Assembly (NCBI GenBank): GCA_003165595.1
Contig: PLWQ01000012.1
Coordinates: forward strand, 269,542-333,541
Length of the DNA stretch: 64,000 nt
Source of the DNA: Fibrobacterota bacterium
Lineage (GTDB): Bacteria; Fibrobacterota; Chitinivibrionia; Chitinivibrionales; FEN-1185
Direction of reading: 5' to 3'
A program made the position numbers and the translations under genes. The notes beneath the pieces were generated by a model. The model searched no databases and had not been told where the DNA came from. It worked only from the letters and a program-made list of their open reading frames with translations. Shown in pieces: positions 1 to 8,847 of this stretch; within the stretch, counting starts at the first letter, position 1, and each line of letters opens with the position of its first letter.

Positions 1-681
1 GTCAAAAAAGCTTACTGCGAGCCGGCCGACCCCCAGCGGATGCCATTTTCGGGGCCCGCCGTCCGTGCCGGCAATCAATCCCTGCGTTGGATCAAATCCT
101 CCTAGATTGTACGCCACCCCGACGAATTTTGAACCGTAAAACCCGCCGATATTCACGCCGGTTTCACGTCCGCTTGTCCTGCCTGTTAAAAAGGACCGCA
201 GGTACATGCTCGTTAACCCTTTGTCAAGAGAATTGACCCCTGCGTCGGGAGCGATGTTTTCATGTCCGCTTTGCGGCCGGAAATACCCGAAGGTGATATT
301 CGCAAACGTTGAATCAAGCGCGTAGCTCATGTACAAGTCATAGAGCTGGAAGGTGGTATTGGTGGTGGCCTGTGCAGTGCCCAGCGAACCCGTGAACTGG
401 TCTTTGCCGAGATTATCAAAGGCAAAGATAGTGGAATAGGTAAGTCCCGGGATCGCCTGCCCCTTCACGCCGACCCTGCCTTGTTTTAAAAAAAGATCGG
501 CGCACGAAGAGGTGGCAGGCACGTCATTGGGATTCTGCGTGTATGCTCCCCACAATTGGTATGATTGTGTAAGTTCGCAAGAGCTTTTCCCGTCGTTGAA
601 CGTGAGCTTAGGGCCGGCAAAAACCACACAAAAGCAAACCAAGCCAAATAGACATGCCGAAACGAAAGCGCGTGCTTTCAT
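1..681 (-). CDS. Outer-membrane anion-porin-like protein, N-terminal 227 codons (gene runs off the left edge)
   Basis: Absent from the ORF track because it has no stop in the window. Hand translation of the minus strand from ATG 681-679 gives MKARAFVSACLFGLVCFCVVFAGPKLTF..., open to position 1. It has a signal peptide. The KQGRVGVKGQ and GRLAVSFF segments resemble phosphate-selective porin O/P-type proteins. The + ORF 512..700 is its antisense shadow. Confidence 0.5.
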   Translation of the reverse strand, partial: MKARAFVSACLFGLVCFCVVFAGPKLTFNDGKSSCELTQSYQLWGAYTQNPNDVPATSSCADLFLKQGRVGVKGQAIPGLTYSTIFAFDNLGKDQFTGSLGTAQATTNTTFQLYDLYMSYALDSTFANITFGYFRPQSGHENIAPDAGVNSLDKGLTSMYLRSFLTGRTSGRETGVNIGGFYGSKFVGVAYNLGGFDPTQGLIAGTDGGPRKWHPLGVGRLAVSFFD

Positions 682-726
682 AAGCATCCCTTTCCATTAA
701 ATGAAAAATGGCTGACTAAACATTCT

Positions 727-750
727 TGTTATGTAAAATATTATACAACG
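727..750. promoter_or_regulatory. ModE-operator-like inverted repeat upstream of the porin-like gene
   Basis: TGTTATGTA-AAATAT-TATACAACG. The minus-strand reading TGTAT-N7-TACAT has one mismatch to the TATAT-N7-TAYAT ModE core. It lies 46-69 nt upstream of the ATG at 681. Its right half is identical to the right half of the 12992-13015 site. Confidence 0.4.
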
Positions 751-902
751 GAAGAACAGTCAACTCCCTTTGCATTGGAGAGAGGCGGAGCGAAAAGTGG
801 AGCAGCGAAAAAAAGAATAGCGGCCCTATGCGCAAATTAATTATTACACCTTTTTGAAAAGATTCCGCAGAGTGGATGTTTCGACACTTTGTTTGACGGT
901 TT

Positions 903-1709
903 CTATTCGGTTACCGCAACAATGACCTGCGAGGCATTGAACACGGCGCATACCTCGCTGCCCAGGGAAAGCTTCATGCTTTCTGAGCTTTTTTTAGTGA
1001 TGGTGGCGACAATGGTCCTGTTGCCGTCGAGTGCGATCTTTATTTCGTTGTTCACAGCGCCCTTTGTTATCCAAATGACTTTTCCGCACAGACGGTTCAT
1101 GGCGCTCGTTTTGGTTTCTTCATCATCGACAACCATGAGGATCACGGCCGAAGCCTTGATAAGCGCCGTCGCTTTTCCGCCCTTCCTCAGGTCAAGCGCC
1201 CGAGCGCTTTCGTTTGTGATAACCGCCGTGATCGAGTCCTTTTCGCTGATGCGGAGCACGACTTCGGCTGATACCGGTCCACGCACTATCCTATCGATCG
1301 TGCCGGAAAACTGGTTGCGCGCGCTGGTTTTCACGATGAGGCCCCTTGCGAAATCGGTAAAAAAAGCAAAGTCGTTCTTTCTCCCGGATAGGGTTTTCGT
1401 GATAATTTCGAATTGCCGCTGCTGGTGACCGTACTCATCGAGGATCTTTTTACCGTAGTCCGACAGTCTGCATCCGCCACCGTGTCTGCCGCCCGTGCTG
1501 GTGACGACAAGCGATTTGGACGAAAGGTTGTTGAGCCTGTCGATAAGATCCCAGGCGGTCTTGTAGCTGATGCCGACTTCTTTGGCGGCCGAGGTGATCG
1601 ATCCGAGTTTGTCAACGCTTTGAAGAAGATCGATGGCGTTTTTTTCGAGCAGGTGGCGTCCACCGAACAGGAGCCACAGTGGGCCGAAAGAGGGGGAATT
1701 GGAGTTCAT
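903..1709 (-). CDS. modE: Molybdate-responsive transcriptional regulator ModE (N-terminal HTH plus two Mop/TOBE domains)
   Basis: 268 aa. The N-terminus has GSITSAAKEVGISYKTAWDLIDRLN (ModE-type HTH). The C-terminus has two repeats of the SARNQFxGTI...GPVSAEV / TSAMNRLCGKV molbindin motif. Confidence 0.9.
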   Translation of the reverse strand: MNSNSPSFGPLWLLFGGRHLLEKNAIDLLQSVDKLGSITSAAKEVGISYKTAWDLIDRLNNLSSKSLVVTSTGGRHGGGCRLSDYGKKILDEYGHQQRQFEIITKTLSGRKNDFAFFTDFARGLIVKTSARNQFSGTIDRIVRGPVSAEVVLRISEKDSITAVITNESARALDLRKGGKATALIKASAVILMVVDDEETKTSAMNRLCGKVIWITKGAVNNEIKIALDGNRTIVATITKKSSESMKLSLGSEVCAVFNASQVIVAVTE

Positions 1710-1786
1710 GCGCTTCCGAAAAGAGAGGTGTAGTATTTCTAATATTCGCTAGAAAGAAAATAGTCTTATCCCATTGTCGAAACAAT

Positions 1787-1826
1787 ATTGAAGAATCCTC
1801 GTAGTAAGCTGCGAGGATTCTTCAAT
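1787..1826 (-). terminator. Stem-loop downstream of mop (15-bp perfect stem)
   Basis: ATTGAAGAATCCTCG-tagtaagctg-CGAGGATTCTTCAAT, 60 nt after the mop stop. On the minus strand it is followed by a moderately T-rich tract (ATTGTTTCG). Confidence 0.5.
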
Positions 1827-1887
1827 CCCTGCAGAATAAGAACATACTCTTAGTCGTTCGCTAATTCGTCCCCTTTGGGTTCCCGCG

Positions 1888-2316
1888 TTACTGCTTAATC
1901 GCCAGAATAACGTGCGAAGCTTTGACGAGCGCGCAAATGGTCTCGCCATTTTTCAGCTTCATGTCGTCAAGGCTTTTTTTGGTAATAGTGGCTACGATGG
2001 AATTCCCGTCGTCAAGATGTATGGTTACTTCGTCGGTCACCATGCCTTCGACGATTCCGTCCACCTTACCGCAGAACCGGTTCTTGGCGCTGGTCTTTAC
2101 ATGTTCGTCAGGTTCCATAAGAATTACCGACGAGGCCTTTATGAGAGCGGTAGCTGTATCGCCTTTCTTAAGGCCGAGGTATTGGGCGCTTTCGTTGGTG
2201 ATCACGGCTGTCACGCTGTTTTCTTTACTGATGTGCAAAACGACTTCAGCCGATACCGGACCGTGAACAACCTTTTCGATGACGCCCGTAAGTTGGTTGC
2301 GTGCGCTTGTTTTCAT
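1888..2316 (-). CDS. mop: Di-Mop molybdenum/tungsten-binding protein (molbindin, two TOBE/Mop domains)
   Basis: ORF 1888..2418 trimmed to ATG 2316, which is preceded by AAGGAG. Two repeats are present: MKTSARNQLTGVIEKVVHGPVSAEV and KTSAKNRFCGKVDGIVEG. They are paralogous to the ModE C-terminal half. Confidence 0.85.
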   Translation of the reverse strand: MKTSARNQLTGVIEKVVHGPVSAEVVLHISKENSVTAVITNESAQYLGLKKGDTATALIKASSVILMEPDEHVKTSAKNRFCGKVDGIVEGMVTDEVTIHLDDGNSIVATITKKSLDDMKLKNGETICALVKASHVILAIKQ

Positions 2317-2362
2317 GTCCTCGCTCCTTTTCTTGAAAATTGAATTAGGCCATGTGTTCGAA

Positions 2363-2387
2363 TTATCTACGCATCTTTCGTAGATAA
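2363..2387. promoter_or_regulatory. Perfect 9-bp inverted repeat upstream of mop
   Basis: TTATCTACG-CATCTTT-CGTAGATAA, 47 nt upstream of the mop ATG. The CG is on the inner side, so the architecture differs from the ModE-like boxes. Confidence 0.3.
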
Positions 2388-2950
2388 GATCAAGTAAGAG
2401 AAAGAAAGGATCTTTCAAAAGTTAACATCAGGTTAATCATTTTGCTATCCGGAGAATCCTGGTTAGGTTATTGCAAAGATAATTTTCCCTTGCAAGAATC
2501 GGTGCTTTGAGACAGGAACATTAGGCTCTTTGATTAATAACGCCGCAAATACTGGGCCACTCCCACAATCCGCAGCTATCCTTGATTTCGGTTTCTTTTC
2601 GATTAAAATTTGCAGAAATGATAAGAAACAAGCTTTACGGCACCTGACAATTCGTGCGGCCGGTGTCGACGGACCCGGATACCGGTTTCATCTGGTAGCA
2701 GGCACCAGTAGCGCATACGTCCATGACCTCGGCACGCCGACATTCTCTTCAATGTTAAGCCTGTCGGACAACGCTTCTGCTGCAAGAAACTGTTCATGAT
2801 TCAGCGAAACCTCGCCATGAACAGTTTCTAATCATTTGGAGTAGCCGCGCTAGCGAACCTTCGAGGGTATGGCAATCACTATAATGATTGGCGCGAAGCA
2901 CCATTACCATACCATAAGGTAACGAAGTGACAATGCGCTCGCTATGGGAT

Positions 2951-5137
2951 TCAATCCCAATTGAAATTCGTATGGAGGTTGACAAAGAACGTACGTCCCT
3001 CCTCCGGATATCCTGCTTCTAAAAAGTAGTTCTTATCAGAGACATTCCTTACTCCCCCCTCGAATGACGCGTTTGCACCCAGAGGAACATTTAATGATGC
3101 ATTCCAGAGAGCGTACTCGGGAACCGTTGATCCTTGACTTGTCGTATAGCGCCAAGAATCGTATTCTGCACTTATAAGGGCATAGCATCCGGTGATCGGG
3201 GTATATTTGACATATCCGACGACTTTGCCCGGAGGTATGTCGGTAAATTTGATCGCCGGATGAGAGAGGTTGTGTTTGTCTAGATAGCTGGCGTTTGCGC
3301 CAATCTCCAACGCTTTCGCCCACTCAACATCGTGAAAAACCGTAGCGTCAAGGCTCAGTTCAACTCCCGGCATCTCGGCCTCACCGGTATTCTGCATCTG
3401 TGCACGTGCATTGGCATCCAGCACGCCTGCTTTAATCACGCTGTCAACCGACTGTATCGCATCATACAAATGCGTGTAGAAAAGGCTCACATGGCCGGAT
3501 AATGACCATTTCCCCAGATTCAATCCCGCATCATAGGCCGCCTCATAATTAACGGCATCTTCAGGTTGAAGAGTAGGATTGGGAATCGCCGTGCCCAGCT
3601 TGTAGGAATATCGATCCTTGAGCGTCGGGAACCTTGTCTTGCGCGCTATCGATATACTGGCATTCTGTGAACTATTGATATCAATTGTCGCCTTGCCCTC
3701 CGCATTAAAAGCTTGGGCGTTGTTGCTCGGGAAAGGGACTATCGAGTCAAAAACATTCTGAAATATCTTACCGTTGTAATGCGAGTAGAAATTGTCCGCT
3801 TCAACACTTGACCGGTTATCATAGGAAATTCCTCCTGTCAAGTTGAGAATCTTGAGAATAGTGGCGCCGTCCTCTAAACCAAGCGAAAACGTGTTGTCCT
3901 TGAAATGCCGTAAAGGCTCTTCCTGAAACGGTTTGGTGTTGGCTACCTTGACGGTGTCGTAGGCATTATGTTCTTCATGATAGTCTCGTTTGCCGTGAAG
4001 GGCGACACTCATCTCGTTTCCCGGAATAATGGTAGTGCCGAGTTCAACGGCGCCGCCTGCTGTCCAGTCATCATAATTGCTTTTAAAAGAAGACCTTTTC
4101 TTGAATGTCGAATAGGTCGAATCGTCACAAGCGAAAAGGCTGTTGCTCAACTCATTATAATAGACCGGAACCTTGAGGGAAAAATTATCGGAAAGCACGG
4201 TTTTTGAAGACAGGTAGACGCTCTGTTTGTCCCAATAGGGCCAATACCAGTAGCGTACCATGCCCGTGGGATCGACGGTCGGCGGTACACCTTTTTCCCC
4301 ATGTTGATTATCATAGGAGAGTGCATATTCATCACCTGGCGCCGGGTCCCACCCGATTTTTGCACTCGCCTTTGCATCACGGTGATATGAATTTGCGCGT
4401 AACCCGCCACTCTGGAGCACAGTCGGGGTAAATGCTTTCGACAACTCATAATTGCCTTTGTCAAGATCGGAAATCGAGCCCATCAGAAAAAAATTACCCA
4501 ATCGAGACCCTACGCCTATGTTCATGAGACTGCCGTTTAAATGGGGCATAAGCGTTGAGTCGCGCTTGGTGTCGACATACCCCATGGTGCCCACATCCGC
4601 TTGCAGTTCGAGCTTGTGCACCGGTTTCCGGGTAACCAGATTGATCGCTCCCCCAATTGCATTCGGGCCGTAGAGTACCGAAGAATATCCTTTTTCAACC
4701 TTTATTTCCGAATAATCGAACGTCGTGAAACGTCCCAGGTCGACATATCCGTCGTACGGCACATAAATCGGAACGCCGTCGATATAGAGGGGAACCGAGC
4801 GCAGATCAAATCCTCGGATATATACTTGCGACTCGTTTCTTGGACCGATATCGGAAACGTTTACTCCGGGAAGAAGCGAAAGTGCGCGGGCAACATCGGT
4901 GCGGCCGAATTCCTTCATTTGTGCACTGGTGACAACATCCTTATTCTGTTGTTTTTTCTCGCTGCCGGTGACAACAACGGTTCCAAGCGAAAAAACCGAT
5001 GATGTATCCTGCTTGAGCGCCGTGTCACGCTGACTTGTGCCGGTAACATCAGCGGCTCTCGATGGAAATGCATTTACTATAAGGCATAATGAAAACAGGA
5101 TTAAGGAGTGATTGGTTATTGGGTGCGCACGAGACAT
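2951..5137 (-). CDS. TonB-dependent outer-membrane receptor (plug plus 22-strand barrel type), substrate unknown
   Basis: 728 aa with a signal peptide. It has a TonB-box-like LGTVVVTG and plug motifs (IRGFDLRSVPLYIDGVPIY, YGPNAIGGAINLVT). The terminal aromatic barrel end is ...NLHTNFNWD. No N-terminal STN signalling extension is present. Confidence 0.9.
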   Translation of the reverse strand: MSRAHPITNHSLILFSLCLIVNAFPSRAADVTGTSQRDTALKQDTSSVFSLGTVVVTGSEKKQQNKDVVTSAQMKEFGRTDVARALSLLPGVNVSDIGPRNESQVYIRGFDLRSVPLYIDGVPIYVPYDGYVDLGRFTTFDYSEIKVEKGYSSVLYGPNAIGGAINLVTRKPVHKLELQADVGTMGYVDTKRDSTLMPHLNGSLMNIGVGSRLGNFFLMGSISDLDKGNYELSKAFTPTVLQSGGLRANSYHRDAKASAKIGWDPAPGDEYALSYDNQHGEKGVPPTVDPTGMVRYWYWPYWDKQSVYLSSKTVLSDNFSLKVPVYYNELSNSLFACDDSTYSTFKKRSSFKSNYDDWTAGGAVELGTTIIPGNEMSVALHGKRDYHEEHNAYDTVKVANTKPFQEEPLRHFKDNTFSLGLEDGATILKILNLTGGISYDNRSSVEADNFYSHYNGKIFQNVFDSIVPFPSNNAQAFNAEGKATIDINSSQNASISIARKTRFPTLKDRYSYKLGTAIPNPTLQPEDAVNYEAAYDAGLNLGKWSLSGHVSLFYTHLYDAIQSVDSVIKAGVLDANARAQMQNTGEAEMPGVELSLDATVFHDVEWAKALEIGANASYLDKHNLSHPAIKFTDIPPGKVVGYVKYTPITGCYALISAEYDSWRYTTSQGSTVPEYALWNASLNVPLGANASFEGGVRNVSDKNYFLEAGYPEEGRTFFVNLHTNFNWD

Positions 5138-5195
5138 AGGAATCCTTTCGGAAAAGAATGGATGAAAGTCCCCGGATTAGTTGCCTGACAAATAG

Positions 5196-5219
5196 CGTTA
5201 TATATTTTTCTATATTACG
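5196..5219. promoter_or_regulatory. ModE operator-like inverted repeat upstream of the TonB-dependent receptor gene
   Basis: CGTTATATA-TTTTTC-TATATTACG. It contains an exact TATAT-N7-TATAT and has ATCG/CGCT-type flanks. It lies 59-82 nt upstream of ATG 5137, in the 124-bp gap after the DUF364 gene. Confidence 0.65.
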
Positions 5220-5261
5220 ATGAGTGACATATGACTCCTTTGAATATGTTGACGAGGATAA

Positions 5262-6068
5262 TTACTCAGAACCTTTCAGATTCACTTCCGCAGCGCCGGA
5301 TCTGTCATCGAATAGTTTAGGGGAATCAGGCCTTGTGATGTTGATTTTCTGCAATGCGCCTTGCGGAGCATGCATAATGCTGCCTCCACCCATCCCGAAA
5401 TAGCGAAGAGTTTTGTTGACATCCATGATTCGTGAAGTGCCGAGCCGATGCAGACCCAATTTGAAGAGGCTGGGCGTGAGCGGCACCGTGGGCCCCATTA
5501 TGACACGGGTTGTTGCGTTAGGGGTCCTGCAAATTACCTCCCCGAACGTCCCGTTCACGAGCGTGAGCCCGGTCATGAATACCAGTTTCGCGCGGGAAAG
5601 CACGCCATGCGAATCGTCCCAACGGATGTCCCCCGGTCTGGGCAAAAGCTCCACAATCGATACCGGCCGCCCTTCATCGCGCCACATCTCCGCATCATGA
5701 AAATGGCCGATAAAGCAGGTTGGGCGTGTCTTGGTTTGCTCGGAAAACGGGTCTATTGCCGAGCTTACCGTGAATTCGGGAACCGGTGGGATCACGCATT
5801 TCAGGCAGGCCATGCCCACGGCAATCCGAAGAACGTCCGTCGAAGCGAGGTATTCTTGCGCGATTTCCGCCGCCTTCCGTCCAATCAGATCGCCCAGCCA
5901 GGTGTCCCGGGGATTTTCCGTGAGCCCGGGAGTGGCCGAGAAGCAGGTTGACATTTCATAGCGCCCGGCTTTGACCACCACCCAGTGATGGAAGAGATGG
6001 ATGTCCTCCATCAGAGTTGAATAGTCCGTGATAGCGGAAATGAGCGTTTCACGTACAATTGTTTCCAT
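5262..6068 (-). CDS. DUF364/DUF4213-family protein (putative heavy-metal chelation Rossmann-like fold), copy 2
   Basis: 268 aa. GHFHD...ELLPRPGDIRWDD...AKLVFMTGLTLVNGTFGEVI...VIMGPTVPLTP matches the DUF364 pattern. It is paralogous to 6111..6905. Confidence 0.7.
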   Translation of the reverse strand: METIVRETLISAITDYSTLMEDIHLFHHWVVVKAGRYEMSTCFSATPGLTENPRDTWLGDLIGRKAAEIAQEYLASTDVLRIAVGMACLKCVIPPVPEFTVSSAIDPFSEQTKTRPTCFIGHFHDAEMWRDEGRPVSIVELLPRPGDIRWDDSHGVLSRAKLVFMTGLTLVNGTFGEVICRTPNATTRVIMGPTVPLTPSLFKLGLHRLGTSRIMDVNKTLRYFGMGGGSIMHAPQGALQKINITRPDSPKLFDDRSGAAEVNLKGSE

Positions 6069-6110
6069 AAGATTTCTTCTTCTACAAGTCGAACAACAAT
6101 GTAACTCTAG

Positions 6111-6905
6111 TCACCTGACGTCGGCCGGATACAGCTTCACCATGTGCGCGCCCTGTTTGAAGATTGATCGGTCGCCTCCCTGCGCCACATGTTGCCAGAT
6201 CCTGTCGGCATCGATAACCGTGGTGCCGGCCAGGGACGCGATTCCTTTACTGAACCACAAAGGGGTCAGCGGGACACTCGGACCCACCATAACCATGCAG
6301 GCGTTGCGGCCCAATTCCATAAGCCGGGGCAATGTCTTGTTGGTAAACGTAACGCCGGTCATAAACAGGAAATCCTGATCTTCCAAAATGTATTCGCACG
6401 CCGGATCAGGGAAATCGCCCTCCAGGGGGTTCCGCTCCAGGATGGAAAGCCGGCACATGGTCGAAAGCTCGGCCAGGTCCGGAAAGTGACCCACCACGGT
6501 CACCTTCTTGCCGGTGAGCTCGGGTTTCATGACGATAAAGACACTCTCGTTGACCTGCGACTCCGGCTGAGTCTTCCAAACATTCGCCATAGTGGAAGGC
6601 GCATTGACATAGGCGTTGATCGCCGCAACACCAAGGGCCGCCTCATAGGGCTGCCACGACTTGACAAAAGCAGCGAGTTCACGCAACCTGCGGCCCTTGA
6701 AGGCTCCGGCGCCCGAAATGGAGTGGGAACCATGCGGAGGCGTCATGGCGACGCCAACCCCCACGGAACGCACGAGTGTCCAGTGAATGCCGACAAGCAC
6801 GTCGTCGACCACCAGGTCGTCGGGGATCAGCGAAATCAGTTGATCGTACAACTCCCACTTCGATGGAGTGGTTCCTGATGAATCGCGGGAATCCGAGTTC
6901 TTCAT
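6111..6905 (-). CDS. DUF364/DUF4213-family protein, copy 1
   Basis: 264 aa. VVGHFPDL...ILERNPLEGDFPDPACEYILEDQDFLFMTGVTFTNKTLPRLMEL...VMVGPSVPLTP. Its start overlaps the xdhC-like stop (ATGA). Confidence 0.75.
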   Translation of the reverse strand: MKNSDSRDSSGTTPSKWELYDQLISLIPDDLVVDDVLVGIHWTLVRSVGVGVAMTPPHGSHSISGAGAFKGRRLRELAAFVKSWQPYEAALGVAAINAYVNAPSTMANVWKTQPESQVNESVFIVMKPELTGKKVTVVGHFPDLAELSTMCRLSILERNPLEGDFPDPACEYILEDQDFLFMTGVTFTNKTLPRLMELGRNACMVMVGPSVPLTPLWFSKGIASLAGTTVIDADRIWQHVAQGGDRSIFKQGAHMVKLYPADVR

Positions 6906-7750
6906 TTCCCCTCCGATTTGTCAGGTGTGATGGTTCCCTCCTCATGCCAGGGAAATCTGAAATGCTCCGGCGTGCCTTTGTTGATGAGGAGGATTATCTG
7001 GGCCACTATTGCCAAAGCGATCTGCTCCGGAAGATTGTTGGCGATTTTCAAACCCACCGGCGAGTAGACCCTTTCATCAACATGTCCGCCCCTGGAACGG
7101 ATGTTGTTGACAACGATTCCGATTTTATTCTGGCTGCCGATCATGCCAATGTAGGGAACATCTTTGTTCCGAAGGATCTGTTCCAGACAAGTCTCGTCGT
7201 GTTTGTGCCCATGAGTCAGTATGACGCAGTAACTCGCACTGGTCAGCTTCATCGTCTCACTCAACGATTCATACGGTTTACATACACACTCGACTGCCGA
7301 AGGAAACCGTTCGGCGGATGAGAAATCTTCCCGGTTGTCAAACACGCGGTATGGCATATTGAGGATTTCGCAATACTTGGAAACCTTTTCACCGATATGG
7401 CCTCCGCCAAAAATCACGACTTCAGCCTCGGGCAAAACAGGCTCGATGAACACGGTTACCGATCCGCCGCAAAGGCCCTGCACCGTCCTGTCAGGTGTTA
7501 CCTGCCACAGGTCTCCCGCAAGAGAGAAATCCAAGCTGATGCAGCGGTTGTCTTTGATGGCCTTTAAAGCTTCTGCACGGCTGATGTGCTCAACCGGTCC
7601 TCCTCCGACCGAACCGGCAATCTCGTTCGCCACGCTCACCACCATCTTGGAGCCGACACCCCGTGGCACCGACCCTTCGGCCTTGACGATTGTGACGATC
7701 GCGCAGGCAATGCCCTTGTTCTTCCATTCATTCAAACTCTTGAGCCACAT
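6902..7750 (-). CDS. XdhC/CoxI-family accessory protein (molybdenum-cofactor handling family)
   Basis: ORF 6902..7789 trimmed to ATG 7750, which is preceded by AGGAG. The N-terminus has ACAIVTIVKAEGSVPRGVGSKMVV...GSVGGGPVE (XdhC_CoxI). A Rossmann-like VVIFGGGHIGEKV follows. Confidence 0.8.
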   Translation of the reverse strand: MWLKSLNEWKNKGIACAIVTIVKAEGSVPRGVGSKMVVSVANEIAGSVGGGPVEHISRAEALKAIKDNRCISLDFSLAGDLWQVTPDRTVQGLCGGSVTVFIEPVLPEAEVVIFGGGHIGEKVSKYCEILNMPYRVFDNREDFSSAERFPSAVECVCKPYESLSETMKLTSASYCVILTHGHKHDETCLEQILRNKDVPYIGMIGSQNKIGIVVNNIRSRGGHVDERVYSPVGLKIANNLPEQIALAIVAQIILLINKGTPEHFRFPWHEEGTITPDKSEGK

Positions 7751-7804
7751 GTTCGCTCCTTTCAACTTTGTGTGTATCCAACCGGACACGTGACGCGGCG
7801 GCCC

Positions 7805-8470
7805 TTACTCCATCCGATATTCCAACGGGAACTTCAAGATAACCCGTACCGGCGGATGGGGAAATGGGGCCGCCCGTCTGACCGTGGCAACGGCATCCCG
7901 ATCGAGTATCGAAGCCCCTGATCCCTTGAGTATCTCAATACTGTCAACGTCGCCGTCTTCGCGTACGCAGAATGAGAGTAAGACCGTGCCGGAGATTTTC
8001 ATTTCGAGCGCCATGGGCGGATAAACTGCTTTGCGGTAGATGATGTCCCGGATGTATTCGAACTGCTCTTTCAAATACCGCTGCCTCTCCCTCTCCCGCA
8101 CTTGGCCCGTGTCCTGCGGCATTCCTAGCGGGCCGATCGAGGCAACCTGGACCAACTGATTGTCAACTCCGCTTGGTTCGGCATCCGTGAACTGCGCCGT
8201 ATCGGCAATGATATCTTCGGCGGTTGTGTCGGGAAATTTCTCTTCTTCCTTAACCGGCGGAGGCGCGGGTCTTCTGGCGTGCCGAGGAGCCGGTTCCGGC
8301 ACGGGGACCGTTGATGCCGCCGGCTGTATCACCGGCGATTTCTCGATGTTAAAGTCGATCGTGAGCGTACGAGCCGCCGGAGCGGAAAACGCCGCAATGC
8401 CGGTAACGGCGGCGATAAAAACCCCATGGATCGTCAGCGACACAAGCGTTGCACGTTTCTGATACTTCAT
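7805..8470 (-). CDS. tonB: TonB energy transducer
   Basis: It has an N-terminal TM helix, a Pro-rich spacer (VPVPEPAPRHARRPAPPPVKEEE) and a C-terminal TonB domain (YPPMALEMKISGTVLLSFCVREDGDV...). Confidence 0.85.
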   Translation of the reverse strand: MKYQKRATLVSLTIHGVFIAAVTGIAAFSAPAARTLTIDFNIEKSPVIQPAASTVPVPEPAPRHARRPAPPPVKEEEKFPDTTAEDIIADTAQFTDAEPSGVDNQLVQVASIGPLGMPQDTGQVRERERQRYLKEQFEYIRDIIYRKAVYPPMALEMKISGTVLLSFCVREDGDVDSIEILKGSGASILDRDAVATVRRAAPFPHPPVRVILKFPLEYRME

Positions 8471-8847
8471 CGCACGGACTCCGTCTGCAAGCTGACCCGC
8501 GTGAACCCCCGGGTCTTGACGACATCGAGCACGTCCACGAACGTCTGAAGGGCAATTTTCCTGTCTGCGCGGATAAGGATCGGTGTGGACCGATCTATGT
8601 GCATGAGCGCCTCAAACAGCGCCCGTTGGCACACGGCAGAGGAGTTGTAGTAGATGGTGCCTGTGCGGTCGATCTCGATTGTCTGTATTCGCAGCAGATC
8701 CTCCCGGTTCTTGGATGCCTGCGGCAGCTGCAACGGGATGGATCCCGCCGCGACCAGCGTTGATGTGGTGAGCACGATGGTGAGCAGCACCAGCATCACG
8801 TCAACAAACGGTATCACGTTGATATAGTCGAATTCCTTTTCATCCAT
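8467..8847 (-). CDS. exbD: ExbD/TolR biopolymer transport protein
   Basis: ORF 8467..8970 trimmed to ATG 8847 ([26 protein letters not shown]...). It overlaps the exbB stop by 8 nt and the tonB start by 4 nt. Confidence 0.85.
   Translation of the reverse strand: MDEKEFDYINVIPFVDVMLVLLTIVLTTSTLVAAGSIPLQLPQASKNREDLLRIQTIEIDRTGTIYYNSSAVCQRALFEALMHIDRSTPILIRADRKIALQTFVDVLDVVKTRGFTRVSLQTESVR

Noticed and set aside
512-700. The + strand 62-aa ORF at the left end.
   Set aside because: It is antisense to the hand-translated porin-like gene (1..681, minus), which has a signal peptide and a 227-codon open frame.
5138-5261. A possible cobalamin or Moco riboswitch in the leader of the TonB-dependent receptor gene.
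   Set aside because: The gap is only 124 nt. It is AT-rich and dominated by the ModE-type DNA palindrome. I could not find the conserved riboswitch core helices by eye. An Rfam scan would settle it.
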